Shown: positions 8,303-17,734, counted from the stretch's first letter. The stretch is DNA of 49,051 bases from an archaeon (GCA_035289205.1 DATDXV010000021.1:1-49051), one strand, 5' to 3'. Program-made: numbers and translations. Notes: a model not told the origin generated them from the letters alone.

Positions 8303-9040
8303 TTATCTCTTTACAGCTACTACCCGGCCGCCCGAATCCGAGCCCGCCAAGCCGCTCCAACCGGAGTCCAGGCCCAAGGACCTGTCCAGACCCAACCTGG
8401 AAAGACCAGATTCCATTGTATAGGAAGTTCTGCTTCCATTCTTATCAGGCAGAGGCATGCCGTTCTTGTCTGTCTCGTTGAAATTGGCATTATTCTTCAA
8501 TGCAGGGACAACAAGAGGTTTCGCTCCCTTGCGAAGCGTAAGGCCCAGACTATCAGGAGAATTCGCATCATTCACAAGGCTAAGATCTCCTGGAAGGATT
8601 GCAACAGGGTCCGTTATCTCCTTAACGTGAAGCGCCTTCTTTATCTGCGGCTCAATCTGCTTGGCATGATAAGAGTTCGGATTGCCCGCGCTCCTGAAAA
8701 CCAATCCGTAGTCAACATAACTTCCGCGTGTATCAATACCTAGAGCAGGATTGGATTCGTGCAGTTTTCTTGCAGCTTCCATGTCAACAGGCCTTGCCAG
8801 CTGCAGCCCTGACTCCCTTAGGATGTCAGCAGCAACAATAGAAGCATATAGGTTGGAACCCTTCACAACATTGTTTTCGAGTTGCAAAACTCCCTTTAAG
8901 TTTTTGTTGTTGTCATAGCCTTGCTCAACAGACATGTTATATGCTTGCAGGAAGTCCTTGCCGAACTCCCCTTCCAGATATCCTATCATTGGAACATCTG
9001 CCGTCATAGGCCTTCCAGTGAACTTTGGTGAGTCTTTCAT
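8303..9040 (-). CDS. hypothetical protein
   Basis: 245-aa ORF with no recognised motif; TTTATAAA at about -25 from the ATG. Confidence 0.5.
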   Translation of the reverse strand: MKDSPKFTGRPMTADVPMIGYLEGEFGKDFLQAYNMSVEQGYDNNKNLKGVLQLENNVVKGSNLYASIVAADILRESGLQLARPVDMEAARKLHESNPALGIDTRGSYVDYGLVFRSAGNPNSYHAKQIEPQIKKALHVKEITDPVAILPGDLSLVNDANSPDSLGLTLRKGAKPLVVPALKNNANFNETDKNGMPLPDKNGSRTSYTMESGLSRLGLDRSLGLDSGWSGLAGSDSGGRVVAVKR

Positions 9041-9247
9041 AACATTTACTACTTAGCAAGAGTTTATAAAGCTATCCGAAATTGTAAGCGTAACGCCTGA
9101 CGACATCTTTAGTCAATTCCAACTTCAACTCATTCTGTCCAGCAATTGTTTCAATGTCAAAGGCTTTGAGTTTATCAAGCTAATATTCCCTTGATATCTG
9201 ATTGAGAGAACATAAGATTAAATATCCATTGCGCTTATTATAAAAGT

Positions 9248-9676
9248 ATGATTAATTCTGACGAACTAAGAAAGATTGCTTCTATGGAAATTCCCCTGAA
9301 AGGCTGCTCCAATGTAACATACAGGGGAAACAGATACGGAATCGCAATGGATTCAATGGCAGAGGGGTATGAAAAGGATTGTCCTTGTGATTTCAACTGC
9401 AGCTTTACAGATAGCAAACCTTCTCAAGTTTGCATAAATGAAAAGCTTGGCAAAGACGAGATGAGAGGGACTATAGTGCATGCATTGGTCGAACTTGATC
9501 TGCATCACTTCCAAAGTCTCCCAGAATTTCAAGCGCATGAGAAAGCAAGGAAAGAAGAAAGGGATGTTGCAATAGAGAAGGGCATGAGAATACGCAAAAT
9601 AGCTATGCTAGGCGTAGATAAGGCACCGAAGCAGAGCGACTTTTATTTCTTTGAAAGGGGTAAGGTAGAGTCATAA
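9248..9676 (+). CDS. hypothetical protein
   Basis: 142-aa ORF, Cys-rich N-terminal part; no family recognised. Confidence 0.45.
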   Translation: MINSDELRKIASMEIPLKGCSNVTYRGNRYGIAMDSMAEGYEKDCPCDFNCSFTDSKPSQVCINEKLGKDEMRGTIVHALVELDLHHFQSLPEFQAHEKARKEERDVAIEKGMRIRKIAMLGVDKAPKQSDFYFFERGKVES

Positions 9677-9680
9677 AGAA

Positions 9681-9842
9681 CTATTCAGAAGATTCGATCA
9701 CTGTTCGTCCTGAATTCCTGGCAGAAGAGATATATTCCTGGAATTCATGGCTTGAGCAATAGCCTTCTTTTCCAGACTCCCGCTTGTGGCAGCCGCAGCC
9801 ATCCATCTCCACTATCCTGTCTTCTCTCATATCGAGCGGCAT
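9681..9842 (-). CDS. possible small Cys-rich protein (53 aa, below ORF-track cutoff)
   Basis: Hand translation MPLDMREDRIVEMDGCGCHKRESGKEGYCSSHEFQEYISSARNSGRTVIESSE; follows the V4R gene on the same strand. Confidence 0.25.
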   Translation of the reverse strand: MPLDMREDRIVEMDGCGCHKRESGKEGYCSSHEFQEYISSARNSGRTVIESSE

Positions 9843-9872
9843 AGAAAGAGTTCAGAACAAGAGTTCTTAAGC

Positions 9873-10964
9873 CTACTTGCTGTGTATAACAAACTCGCAG
9901 CGCTTGTCCCCGCTTCCTATGCATTTGGTCTCAACAACCGTAAACCTCTTCTTGTTCGTGTTCTCCAGGTATCCGGCTATCATTCCAGCAACATACGAGC
10001 ATAGCCGTTTGTTCATGTTCTTTACTCCGGAGCAGAACGCGCACTCCTCAAGGACAAAGGTCATTGTCCTCCGATCAACAGCAAAGTGGCCGATCTTCAG
10101 CTTTTCGAAAAGATCGCAGAAGCCCTTCAGCCTGTCCCCCTTAAGCCTTGCCCCTATCTCTTTTCCAGATTCCCTTCCAATCCAGTAGAACAGAGCATGG
10201 GCGCCCGCGGAAGATAGGAATATTCCCAAGTAGAATGCCTGCGTCAATGCAAGATTTGCGTAGTCATCAAGGTCATGCCTCTCCTTCTCATCCTCAAACA
10301 TCCTGTCATAGATTGACTGCCTGATCCTCTTGAAGTCCGCAGGCTTCAATTCATCAAACTTATGTTCAGGCAGCTGGACAGCCCCAGCGAACTCATCTGC
10401 TTCCTTCCCTGCTGCCTTGCACTCGCTCTCAACAATGTTCACGGGCTGCCCTATCACAGCTTCAACGCTTCCCCCAAGAATACCTGTAGGCAGGAAGCAT
10501 GTCCTCTTCTTCACGTTCGGCAGATCCCAAGAATACATAAGCTCATTTACTTTGACCCTGAAGGTCTTTGCAGTCTCGTCAACCCAGAGGATTCTTGGCG
10601 TTCCTATCTTGTAGTATTCCCATCCCCTGAAGATCTTGTCAACATACTGCGGATCCTTCAGTACGCCTATTCCGGTGTACCCCTTCCAAGCAGCGCCGAG
10701 TTTTGCAACAAGATGGCCAACGCCCATTGTCTGAAGCAGCTGTTTTGTAGATTCCTCCCCGATGTACTTGCCCCAGGAATAGAGATACTGCGTGTATGTG
10801 TTTGATAGGGAAAGCATTGAGAAAAACACATCCTGGAATACAAGTATGTGCAGGTCGTCTCCGATGTTGGGCCTGATCGGAGGGAGTTGCCTGAACGGCC
10901 TTACTCCGAATTCCTCAAGACTTCTCGAATAATCCTTGTATTGTTTAGCCCATACTGGCAACAT
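9873..10964 (-). CDS. V4R-domain protein (long N-terminal extension)
   Basis: C-terminus ECAFCSGVKNMNKRLCSYVAGMIAGYLEN...VVETKCIGSGDKRCEFVI is the V4R Cys/Gly pattern. Confidence 0.65.
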   Translation of the reverse strand: MLPVWAKQYKDYSRSLEEFGVRPFRQLPPIRPNIGDDLHILVFQDVFFSMLSLSNTYTQYLYSWGKYIGEESTKQLLQTMGVGHLVAKLGAAWKGYTGIGVLKDPQYVDKIFRGWEYYKIGTPRILWVDETAKTFRVKVNELMYSWDLPNVKKRTCFLPTGILGGSVEAVIGQPVNIVESECKAAGKEADEFAGAVQLPEHKFDELKPADFKRIRQSIYDRMFEDEKERHDLDDYANLALTQAFYLGIFLSSAGAHALFYWIGRESGKEIGARLKGDRLKGFCDLFEKLKIGHFAVDRRTMTFVLEECAFCSGVKNMNKRLCSYVAGMIAGYLENTNKKRFTVVETKCIGSGDKRCEFVIHSK

Positions 10965-10965
10965 A

Positions 10966-11646
10966 TCAATCCCTCAAAACCACTCCTCTTTCCGTTGTTT
11001 CAAACTCAAGCCATTCCAAGGAATGCTTTGTCCCTTTCATCTTATCTACGCGCAGATACCTTTTGTTCTCCTCTATCTTGAATGATATCGAGCCATCAAC
11101 CACATAGCTCACTGTAGAAAGAATTCTGGGATCATGAACGCCCTCCTCAAGAATCATGACAAGATTGTATCCAGCTGTCTTGATCTTTGCTGTAATGACG
11201 GGGATGAACTTTATCACAAGGGTCGGGTCTGCGTAGAGCAGCAGCGTGGAAAGGGAGTCGAAGACCCCTCTCTTTACAGGCGCCCCGTTCAGGCTCCTCA
11301 GGACATCGCCGACAGTTATGTTCAGCTCATTGATGTTGCTCAGGTCTCCAATCTTATTCTCTCCTCCGCTCTCCCCAATGCGCCATGAGTATCCGTCTAT
11401 AAACTTCAGCTTCTCCTTCTCCACCTTTCCGAACCTCTGCAGGCTGTCAGTTATCTCCTCCGGACTGCTGTCAAATGCGACATAGATGACAGGCTGCCTG
11501 TTCTTCAACCCCTCCACAACAAACTGCTGGGCAATCGTGGATTTTCCGCAGCCAGGCGGGCCTATAAGGACAATAGAAGCGTTCTTCGGATACCCGCCCT
11601 CGATATGCTTATCAAGACCTATTATCCCTGTCTTTACACGATCCAT
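10966..11646 (-). CDS. KaiC/RecA-superfamily ATPase (single domain)
   Basis: GLDKHIEGGYPKNASIVLIGPPGCGKST Walker A; 226 aa; 1-nt gap to the next gene. Confidence 0.75.
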   Translation of the reverse strand: MDRVKTGIIGLDKHIEGGYPKNASIVLIGPPGCGKSTIAQQFVVEGLKNRQPVIYVAFDSSPEEITDSLQRFGKVEKEKLKFIDGYSWRIGESGGENKIGDLSNINELNITVGDVLRSLNGAPVKRGVFDSLSTLLLYADPTLVIKFIPVITAKIKTAGYNLVMILEEGVHDPRILSTVSYVVDGSISFKIEENKRYLRVDKMKGTKHSLEWLEFETTERGVVLRD

Positions 11647-11650
11647 CAGA

Positions 11651-12124
11651 TCACTTGAATTTTATCAAGAACTCGTCCACTTCATCTCCAAGGCCGCCGC
11701 ACAAGACTTCTGTAACCACAGTCTGCCTCTTCAGCCTTGCTTCCATTGCCCCGTCAATTATCCCGGCCTCGAAAAAGCAGACCGGTCTTCCAACGCTCTC
11801 CATGCCTGAGCTCGAAGCGGAATCCTTCAAAGCAACAATTATGCTCTTCTCGTCCTTCTCTTTAATCTCAAGCCTTCCAACTCCAAAATCAGAGAACATC
11901 TTTCCCAAGTCCTTTACAACATCAGCTACCTGAGAAGACTTGAAACTCTTTGCAGCCTCTTTCCCGAATTTCTTTCCGGCAAGATACAAGCTTGAGGATT
12001 CCGCAAGCGAAACCCACTGAAGGCTATGGACAACAGCCCTGAGATACCTGATATCAACTCTGTCATTCTTCCTGGGCTTCTTTGCCTCAAGAAGTTTTTT
12101 CACAGCCCCGTCAAATCCAGTCAT
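11651..12124 (-). CDS. V4R-domain protein
   Basis: PVCFFEAGIIDGAMEARL...VVTEVLCGGLGDEVDEFLIKF. Confidence 0.6.
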   Translation of the reverse strand: MTGFDGAVKKLLEAKKPRKNDRVDIRYLRAVVHSLQWVSLAESSSLYLAGKKFGKEAAKSFKSSQVADVVKDLGKMFSDFGVGRLEIKEKDEKSIIVALKDSASSSGMESVGRPVCFFEAGIIDGAMEARLKRQTVVTEVLCGGLGDEVDEFLIKFK

Positions 12125-12126
12125 GC

Positions 12127-12477
12127 CTATTCTACCTCACGCTTCAATAAATAAACACCCCATACGAGCCAGGATATTGCAACCAGCTGATAGACCAGGA
12201 AAACTAGAATTGCAAGGTCGCCATATATCCACTCGTATGTAAAGGGAACCTTCAGGAACTGATAAAGAGCCATCAGCACCAGTCCGATAAAGAAAGTCCT
12301 CCACCCCTTTGGAGCCTCAGCAGACTCATAGAAATTTTTGTAATAGTATCTCACAAAGACCGCGCAGGCCGCAAAAGCGAGCCCTGCTATGATGCTGCTC
12401 TGCACAGTGAAAGGCCCTATGAAGGTATTCCCGAAATAAGTCAGGGGATCGGTCCACTGAATTCCGAAGAGGGTCAT
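12127..12477 (-). CDS. small multi-pass membrane protein (paralog of 12474..12821; start re-assigned)
   Basis: ATGA overlap (ATG 12475-12477 / TGA 12474-12476). Shares a W..P...G...F..YYKNFYE...W..F.GL pattern with the neighbour. Confidence 0.55.
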   Translation of the reverse strand: MTLFGIQWTDPLTYFGNTFIGPFTVQSSIIAGLAFAACAVFVRYYYKNFYESAEAPKGWRTFFIGLVLMALYQFLKVPFTYEWIYGDLAILVFLVYQLVAISWLVWGVYLLKREVE

Positions 12478-12821
12478 TGCATCGCCTCCCTGGCAAGGAA
12501 GTAGCATCCCGCTACAAGCAGAAGAAAGGAGAAGTTCTGGATAAGCAGTATCCCGCCATTTACAAACACGAAATCTGTTACCGTATCGAATATCCTGTAT
12601 GGAGTGAGGAACTGCCCGAATTCTGACAAGGCAAGGAAGGAAAGGCCTGCAATGATCAATCCCCAGCTCAGAGGCTTATCCCTGCCCTCATAGAACTGCT
12701 TCGTATACTGCCAGCCGAAGAACACTGTCATGAAGAATCCTATGGCCACAGCAAGGTTGCTTACAAAGAACGGTACGCTTAGCCAGCCTAGAATCGAAAA
12801 CGGGTCTGCCCACATGAACAA
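12474..12821 (-). CDS. small multi-pass membrane protein (paralog)
   Basis: MFMWADPFSILGWLSVPFFV...QYTKQFYEGRDKPLSWGLIIAGL; hydrophobic throughout. Confidence 0.55.
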   Translation of the reverse strand: MFMWADPFSILGWLSVPFFVSNLAVAIGFFMTVFFGWQYTKQFYEGRDKPLSWGLIIAGLSFLALSEFGQFLTPYRIFDTVTDFVFVNGGILLIQNFSFLLLVAGCYFLAREAMQ

Positions 12822-12852
12822 TAGATATAATATGCTATAATAAAAGCTTAAC

Positions 12853-13044
12853 TTAGGAGTCTTGAGAAAATGGAATTAACTCTTCGTGTTTCTTCAAGCT
12901 TTCAAGATAGCCCCTTATGGCGTCTTTGGTGTTTGCAAGAGCCTCTTCCTTTGTTTTTCCCTGAGATATGCATCCTGGCAATTCAGGAACTATCGCAGTG
13001 AAATTCTTGTCATCATCCATCTCAAGAAGTACTCTAAACTTCAT
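12853..13044 (-). CDS. hicB: HicB-family (UPF0150) antitoxin-like protein
   Basis: MKFRVLLEMDDDKNFTAIVPELPGCISQGKTKEEALANTKDAIRGYLE is a typical HicB N-domain. Confidence 0.7.
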   Translation of the reverse strand: MKFRVLLEMDDDKNFTAIVPELPGCISQGKTKEEALANTKDAIRGYLESLKKHEELIPFSQDS

Positions 13045-13049
13045 AAGAA

Positions 13050-13286
13050 TTACTGTGAATCCATAACATAGCGAAATGCTTCAGCCTCATTATCATTAAG
13101 TCTGTAACCATTTGATTTGATAAAGTATTTCATTAACAATCTAGAATCTTCTACTCTTCTGTTAAATACTTCCCACCGATCTCTGCTTTGAATTGTTTCA
13201 TAAAGCCTAAATCCATGCTCCCCGCTCATGCGCATTGTACTTCGTAATTTTTCAGCTACTCTTCTATCTTCTGAGCTCATAGCCAT
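13050..13286 (-). CDS. hypothetical small protein in the HicA position (start re-assigned to avoid overlap with Taw1)
   Basis: MAMSSEDRRVAEKLRS...; 5 nt upstream of hicB; no HicA motif recognised. Confidence 0.35.
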   Translation of the reverse strand: MAMSSEDRRVAEKLRSTMRMSGEHGFRLYETIQSRDRWEVFNRRVEDSRLLMKYFIKSNGYRLNDNEAEAFRYVMDSQ

Positions 13287-13326
13287 GGAATCACTAACAA
13301 AATGATATAACAACAGGAATAAATAC

Positions 13327-14406
13327 CTAAGCTTTTTTCTTACTAGCATCATCAAATAGTCTATCTTGTTCTTTTATTTTTTCTAGGCTCCATTTCCATG
13401 TTTCATCATCTTTGACTAATACAACAAGTCTGCTTGCAAGGTCTTTAGTCTTTATCGTATAGCCGGTAAGCTCGGCTAATTGTTTTGAAAAATCCTCGGT
13501 ATCCTGCATTGAAGGCATGTTTGACACGGCTAACCTTTCTCTGGATTCCCCCACATAAGAATAGCCTTTAACCTCTACGAAATCCGCCTCAGAGAATTTT
13601 ATCAGTTCCGCAAAGCCCTCTGGATCCTTCATATTGAGATCTTTTACAGCAGTTATTCTGAATACAGTTCTTGCTTCCTTGAAATCTTTGAGGAGTTCAA
13701 GGCTCTGCCTAACTTTCTCGAATGCATCGAAAATAAAAGAGTTTGTAATTTTCTTATAGTCTTCTGGATTAGTCGCATATACACTAACATATAGGTTTGT
13801 AGGCTCTATGCCTCTTTGCAACATCTCCTTCAGTCTGTTTGGCATTGTGCCATTCGATACAATGAATGCCGTGCAGTTTCTGTTCTTGATTTCTTTTATC
13901 AAATCGACTATCCTTGGATAAAGTGTGGGTTCCCCATCCAAACTTATAGCAAAGTGTGCTGGTTCCATAGCTTCCCCGAATAACTCTTTTGTCGTCTTTT
14001 CATTTCCACCAAAGCCACTAAGGAGTTCTTGCTGTGCAGCGATGGCTCCATCTATGATTGTCTTTGGGTCATCCCATTCCGCTTCCGCTTTAAACCTATC
14101 CTTGCCAAAGCTCCGCCAGCAAAAGCTGCACGAGAAGCTGCAGAAATCCAGTTTACCGCCAGCCAACAATGTTGCCTGGTGTCGGCGTCATCTGGACGCA
14201 GCGGTGTGATCTTTAGCAGACTTTGAAAGTCTAATGCCGTACACCGCCTTATAACAATTCTTTCCATTCTTTACGCGCTTTTTTGTCCAGCCGCACACTG
14301 AAACTCCAGAGTGCTTTTTCTCACCCACGAGCCTGTAGTGCGCATTTTTGTATTTCTGCAATCTTTCGGCAGGAAATTTGACGAAGTCTTTATTTTCGTC
14401 TTCCAT
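13327..14406 (-). pseudogene. taw1: Taw1/TYW1-type radical-SAM tRNA 4-demethylwyosine synthase, interrupted (in-frame TGA plus conserved motif out of frame)
   Basis: N-part HSGVSVCGWTKKRVKNGKNCYKAVYGI. C-part CSFSCSFCWR (CxxxCxxC) ...ISLDGEPTLYP...VSNG. TGA at 14188-14190. SHRCVQMTP at 14183-14209 lies in another frame. Confidence 0.75.
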
Positions 14407-14415
14407 ACCTGTCTC

Positions 14416-15570
14416 TTAATGCTTATCGCTTAGGTCTTTTAATATCTTTCTCAGGACGACATACTCCCAATGCTTTCTGAAATTCGTCATGATAACTCGC
14501 ATACCAATGGACTCAAATGCTTTCATGTACGTCTCATTTAGGAAATCATATCTGCAAACAAGATAACGAATGGCGTCTTGATTCAAGATGCTTTGTAAAG
14601 TGCATTGCCCTAACTTGAATTTTGGAGCTTGCGGATGTTTGCCTCTTGTTACTTCTATAGATATTCTCTTCCCAGAGCGCTCTAACAATAAATCACCGAT
14701 CCTGTCCTCAGCTGTTATCCTGTAAGGCGATATTGTAATCCCCATATTTTCCGCTGCCCTGCCCAGTATTCTGCCATCCTTGTCCTGTATAAGGTCTGAT
14801 TTGGCGATGCTGAATTCCCTGCAATTTATCAATACTTCCAACTTCTTTACACTGCTCAAATCAACGTGCAGAGGTAACGCAATCCTCATGCGATATCCAG
14901 AGGATCTTGTATCCAGAATCCTACCGGCATTCAGCGGAAATATAAGTATGCGCTTAAGATCTTTAGATAACTTTACCCCTATCCTAGTCTTTTTACCGTT
15001 TAAAATTCTTAATAATTCCCTTGAGGAGAAGGTGACTGAGAAGACGTTTCTTTCTCTCCTGACATTTCCTCTAAAGACTACAGTGCCATTTGTTATTTCT
15101 ATGTCATCTACCATTTGGATGGCAATACCCCTTCTTAGACTGCCGATAGCAGTGCTAACGACAGATGTATCAAATCTTAGACCATGACCTCTCAGTTCAG
15201 ACATGATAGGCTTCTCCGGTTTCCCCTTATCCAGCATTTCTTTGATGAGTTTCAAACCTTTCCAGCCAAGTTTTTTCTTAAGAAACTCCAAAGATTCTTC
15301 AGCACTCATCGATACATATGATTTACTCTTCTTCGTTACAGGACCTCTGCTTATGTCAAAGGATGGCTTAATGCCTGATATTTCCGACAGGATAATTACT
15401 GTTTCTAATTCAGGTGAAGATTTCCCTAGAGACCACCAATCCAGCTTTACCCTATTTGGCATTCCGAGTTTCCTAGCGAGTCTAGTGCTTCCCATTCCTA
15501 GTTTCTTCTTAACAGCAATAAAGAATCTTCTCTGCTCTTCTAAATTCTCAAACTTAGCCCTCAAAACCAT
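14416..15570 (-). CDS. hypothetical protein with N-terminal HTH-like segment
   Basis: 384 aa; GMGSTRLARKLGMPNRVKLDWW HTH-like; AT-richer than flanks. Confidence 0.45.
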   Translation of the reverse strand: MVLRAKFENLEEQRRFFIAVKKKLGMGSTRLARKLGMPNRVKLDWWSLGKSSPELETVIILSEISGIKPSFDISRGPVTKKSKSYVSMSAEESLEFLKKKLGWKGLKLIKEMLDKGKPEKPIMSELRGHGLRFDTSVVSTAIGSLRRGIAIQMVDDIEITNGTVVFRGNVRRERNVFSVTFSSRELLRILNGKKTRIGVKLSKDLKRILIFPLNAGRILDTRSSGYRMRIALPLHVDLSSVKKLEVLINCREFSIAKSDLIQDKDGRILGRAAENMGITISPYRITAEDRIGDLLLERSGKRISIEVTRGKHPQAPKFKLGQCTLQSILNQDAIRYLVCRYDFLNETYMKAFESIGMRVIMTNFRKHWEYVVLRKILKDLSDKH

Positions 15571-15629
15571 TCTAAATGGATTACATTTCCTTAGCTTATA
15601 GCCGATTAACCCTAGGAAGTGGTAATAGG

Positions 15630-16256
15630 CTACCTTGGTTTCCTGTGGAAAGGATTTTTATTAGCCTTCTTGTTATTTCCCTTGAACCAGTAGATGGCCG
15701 CTACAATCAATACAAGTATTATGGCAACCTCAAACTGCCTGAAGAAGCCCATTATCTCCTCCCACCTGTTTCCAAGAACGAAGCCTATGTAAGTTAAGAC
15801 TGCTGACCAGATGAAAGATCCAACAAATGTATAGATGGAAAAGCGCTTGAAGTTCATCTTCCCAACGCCCGCTGGAAATGAGATAAATGTCCTCACAACA
15901 GGCATCAACCTGGAGAAGAATGCTGTTACGTCCCCGTATCTCTCAAACCACTTCTCAGCGACTTTCAGATGCTCCATTCCCCTTTGTCCATGGAATCTTA
16001 GCACGATATGCCTCCCTCCCTTTGCTCCAGCCCAGTACGCGACCCATGAGCCAACAAGATTTCCCAAAGCTCCTGCAAGCACAACCTCCCAGAAACCAAA
16101 ACGTCCTGCAAAGACAAGATACCCTGAGAAGGGCATTATGACTTCGCTCGGTATGGGTATGAGAGCGCTCTCCAAAGCCATAAAAAGAAATACCCCGAGA
16201 TATCCTGTGTAGGATATTGCATCAACAACCCACTGGATAATAAACTCCAAAACCAT
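15630..16256 (-). CDS. DedA-family membrane protein
   Basis: FLFMALESALIPIPSEVIMPFSGYLV...GALGNLVGSWVAYWAG...RLMPVVRTFISFPAG. Confidence 0.75.
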   Translation of the reverse strand: MVLEFIIQWVVDAISYTGYLGVFLFMALESALIPIPSEVIMPFSGYLVFAGRFGFWEVVLAGALGNLVGSWVAYWAGAKGGRHIVLRFHGQRGMEHLKVAEKWFERYGDVTAFFSRLMPVVRTFISFPAGVGKMNFKRFSIYTFVGSFIWSAVLTYIGFVLGNRWEEIMGFFRQFEVAIILVLIVAAIYWFKGNNKKANKNPFHRKPR

Positions 16257-16287
16257 GCAGAGCTATTGCTTGGCTAGAATAAAAAGA

Positions 16288-16890
16288 TTAGGATTTCAGA
16301 ATTCTTCCGTTATCCTCGCAAAGCATCTTGGCTATCTCCCCTGCGTACAGGGAAGCCATCTCTCTTGTATAATAGAATACCTTTCTTCTAAGAGCGATCG
16401 TTTCGTCATCAATAGGAAGGCCAAACGCAGCATCTTTTATCCTATCCTTTATTCTTACTCTGATTCTTTGGCCAACTTCTGCGCCAGGCACAACAATATC
16501 CAAGCCATCCGATTCGCCTAAGCCATAAGGCTGCGGAGCACCCTTAACATTGTCAGCTTCAGTAGGATAAAGAAATTGCCTAGTAATATCCACAAACCTG
16601 TCGTCTTCATCAATATTAGCAGAATCTCTTTCCAGTTTGCATATATCTTCTAAAAGCACTTCGTTAAGAAATAGGAACTTCTCTTCTCTAGCTTTCTTTA
16701 TCTCCTCTGGTGTTGTTTTACCTTCAAACAATATCCTGTCGAGATCAGCTCTAAAGCGTTCAAAATCAGAATAAGCATTTATTCTTATATTTATTATCTC
16801 TTCCTGTGGAAATGAGGGAGTATAACCTGCAACAACTGTTCTCATATCTTCTAAATAGATTGCAGTGTCTGCCATTGCCAATCGTATCAC
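16288..16890 (-). CDS. hypothetical protein
   Basis: 200-aa ORF; no confident motif (possible small beta-barrel segment VGQRIRVRIKDRIKDAAFG). Confidence 0.45.
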   Translation of the reverse strand: MIRLAMADTAIYLEDMRTVVAGYTPSFPQEEIINIRINAYSDFERFRADLDRILFEGKTTPEEIKKAREEKFLFLNEVLLEDICKLERDSANIDEDDRFVDITRQFLYPTEADNVKGAPQPYGLGESDGLDIVVPGAEVGQRIRVRIKDRIKDAAFGLPIDDETIALRRKVFYYTREMASLYAGEIAKMLCEDNGRILKS

Positions 16891-16903
16891 TTAAAAATTC
16901 TAT

Positions 16904-17734
16904 TTACTGCAAGTCTTCCCACATGCTCTCGAACATAGGAGCCAGGACCTTGCCAGCAGCCTGCTTGCTCTGCGCCCAGATTGCCAGATCCTGCGTGGGA
17001 TGGGTCTGTTCATCATCAGTCAATGCAATAATAGCATGAGTGTCGTCAATAAGGCAGAATCTTCCGGTTGAAGCGCCCTTGCTGAACCTTACGTCAGCGA
17101 TCCCCTTCAGTTTTTCGGCAGCCTCTACTGACTCCTTGGAATGAGGAACGGCAACTCTTACCTTGACGCCTTTGGAAACAGCTTTCTTCAGGCTGTCCCT
17201 GTGTTTGTCAGCAATCTCAGAGATGTGCTTCGAGGTTGTCATAATGTATATCTTGCCCTTTGCGCCCCTGAAAGCGGAATCGAGCTGGTTTCTTATTGTG
17301 CTCCTTCCCTTCAGAGAGCCTGTAAACTCCCCGTTCTCTATGACCTGGAAGCCGTCCTTGAAGACCTTGTCAAGCTCCTTCATTATAGAAGAAGACTGGA
17401 ACTTCGATATCCTGTCAGAATTAACAACAGCGTCCTCCTGTATCTTCTTTTTAACACGATCCAAGGCTTCATGCGGAGAGATTGCAACATATTTCAACGG
17501 TTTTGTGTTCTGCGGAATCACAAATCCCTTGTCAGCCAGGCTTTCTAGAATATCATAAGTCCTAGAATAAGGAACCTTTGCCAAAGAAGCGAGCTCGCCA
17601 GCGCTTGCAGAACCCTTTGAAAGCAGAGCGACCCAGAGTTTCCTCTCGTATAAATTGAGTCCAATCTGTTTTAATGCATCTAACACGTGCTGTTGCACTA
17701 CCACATTACCACTCTTTGATGTTATCATATTCAT
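16904..17734 (-). CDS. TrmB-family transcriptional regulator
   Basis: LKQIGLNLYERKLWVALLSKGSASAGELASLAKVPYSRTYDILESLADKGFV winged-helix. Confidence 0.75.
   Translation of the reverse strand: MNMITSKSGNVVVQQHVLDALKQIGLNLYERKLWVALLSKGSASAGELASLAKVPYSRTYDILESLADKGFVIPQNTKPLKYVAISPHEALDRVKKKIQEDAVVNSDRISKFQSSSIMKELDKVFKDGFQVIENGEFTGSLKGRSTIRNQLDSAFRGAKGKIYIMTTSKHISEIADKHRDSLKKAVSKGVKVRVAVPHSKESVEAAEKLKGIADVRFSKGASTGRFCLIDDTHAIIALTDDEQTHPTQDLAIWAQSKQAAGKVLAPMFESMWEDLQ

Noticed and set aside
14150-14240. Bulge-helix-bulge mRNA introns in the Taw1 gene (by analogy to crenarchaeal cbf5)
   Set aside because: I could not draw a 3-4-3 BHB at either putative junction. The palindromes form continuous stems. 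The idea is kept only as a low-probability alternative within the Taw1 finding.
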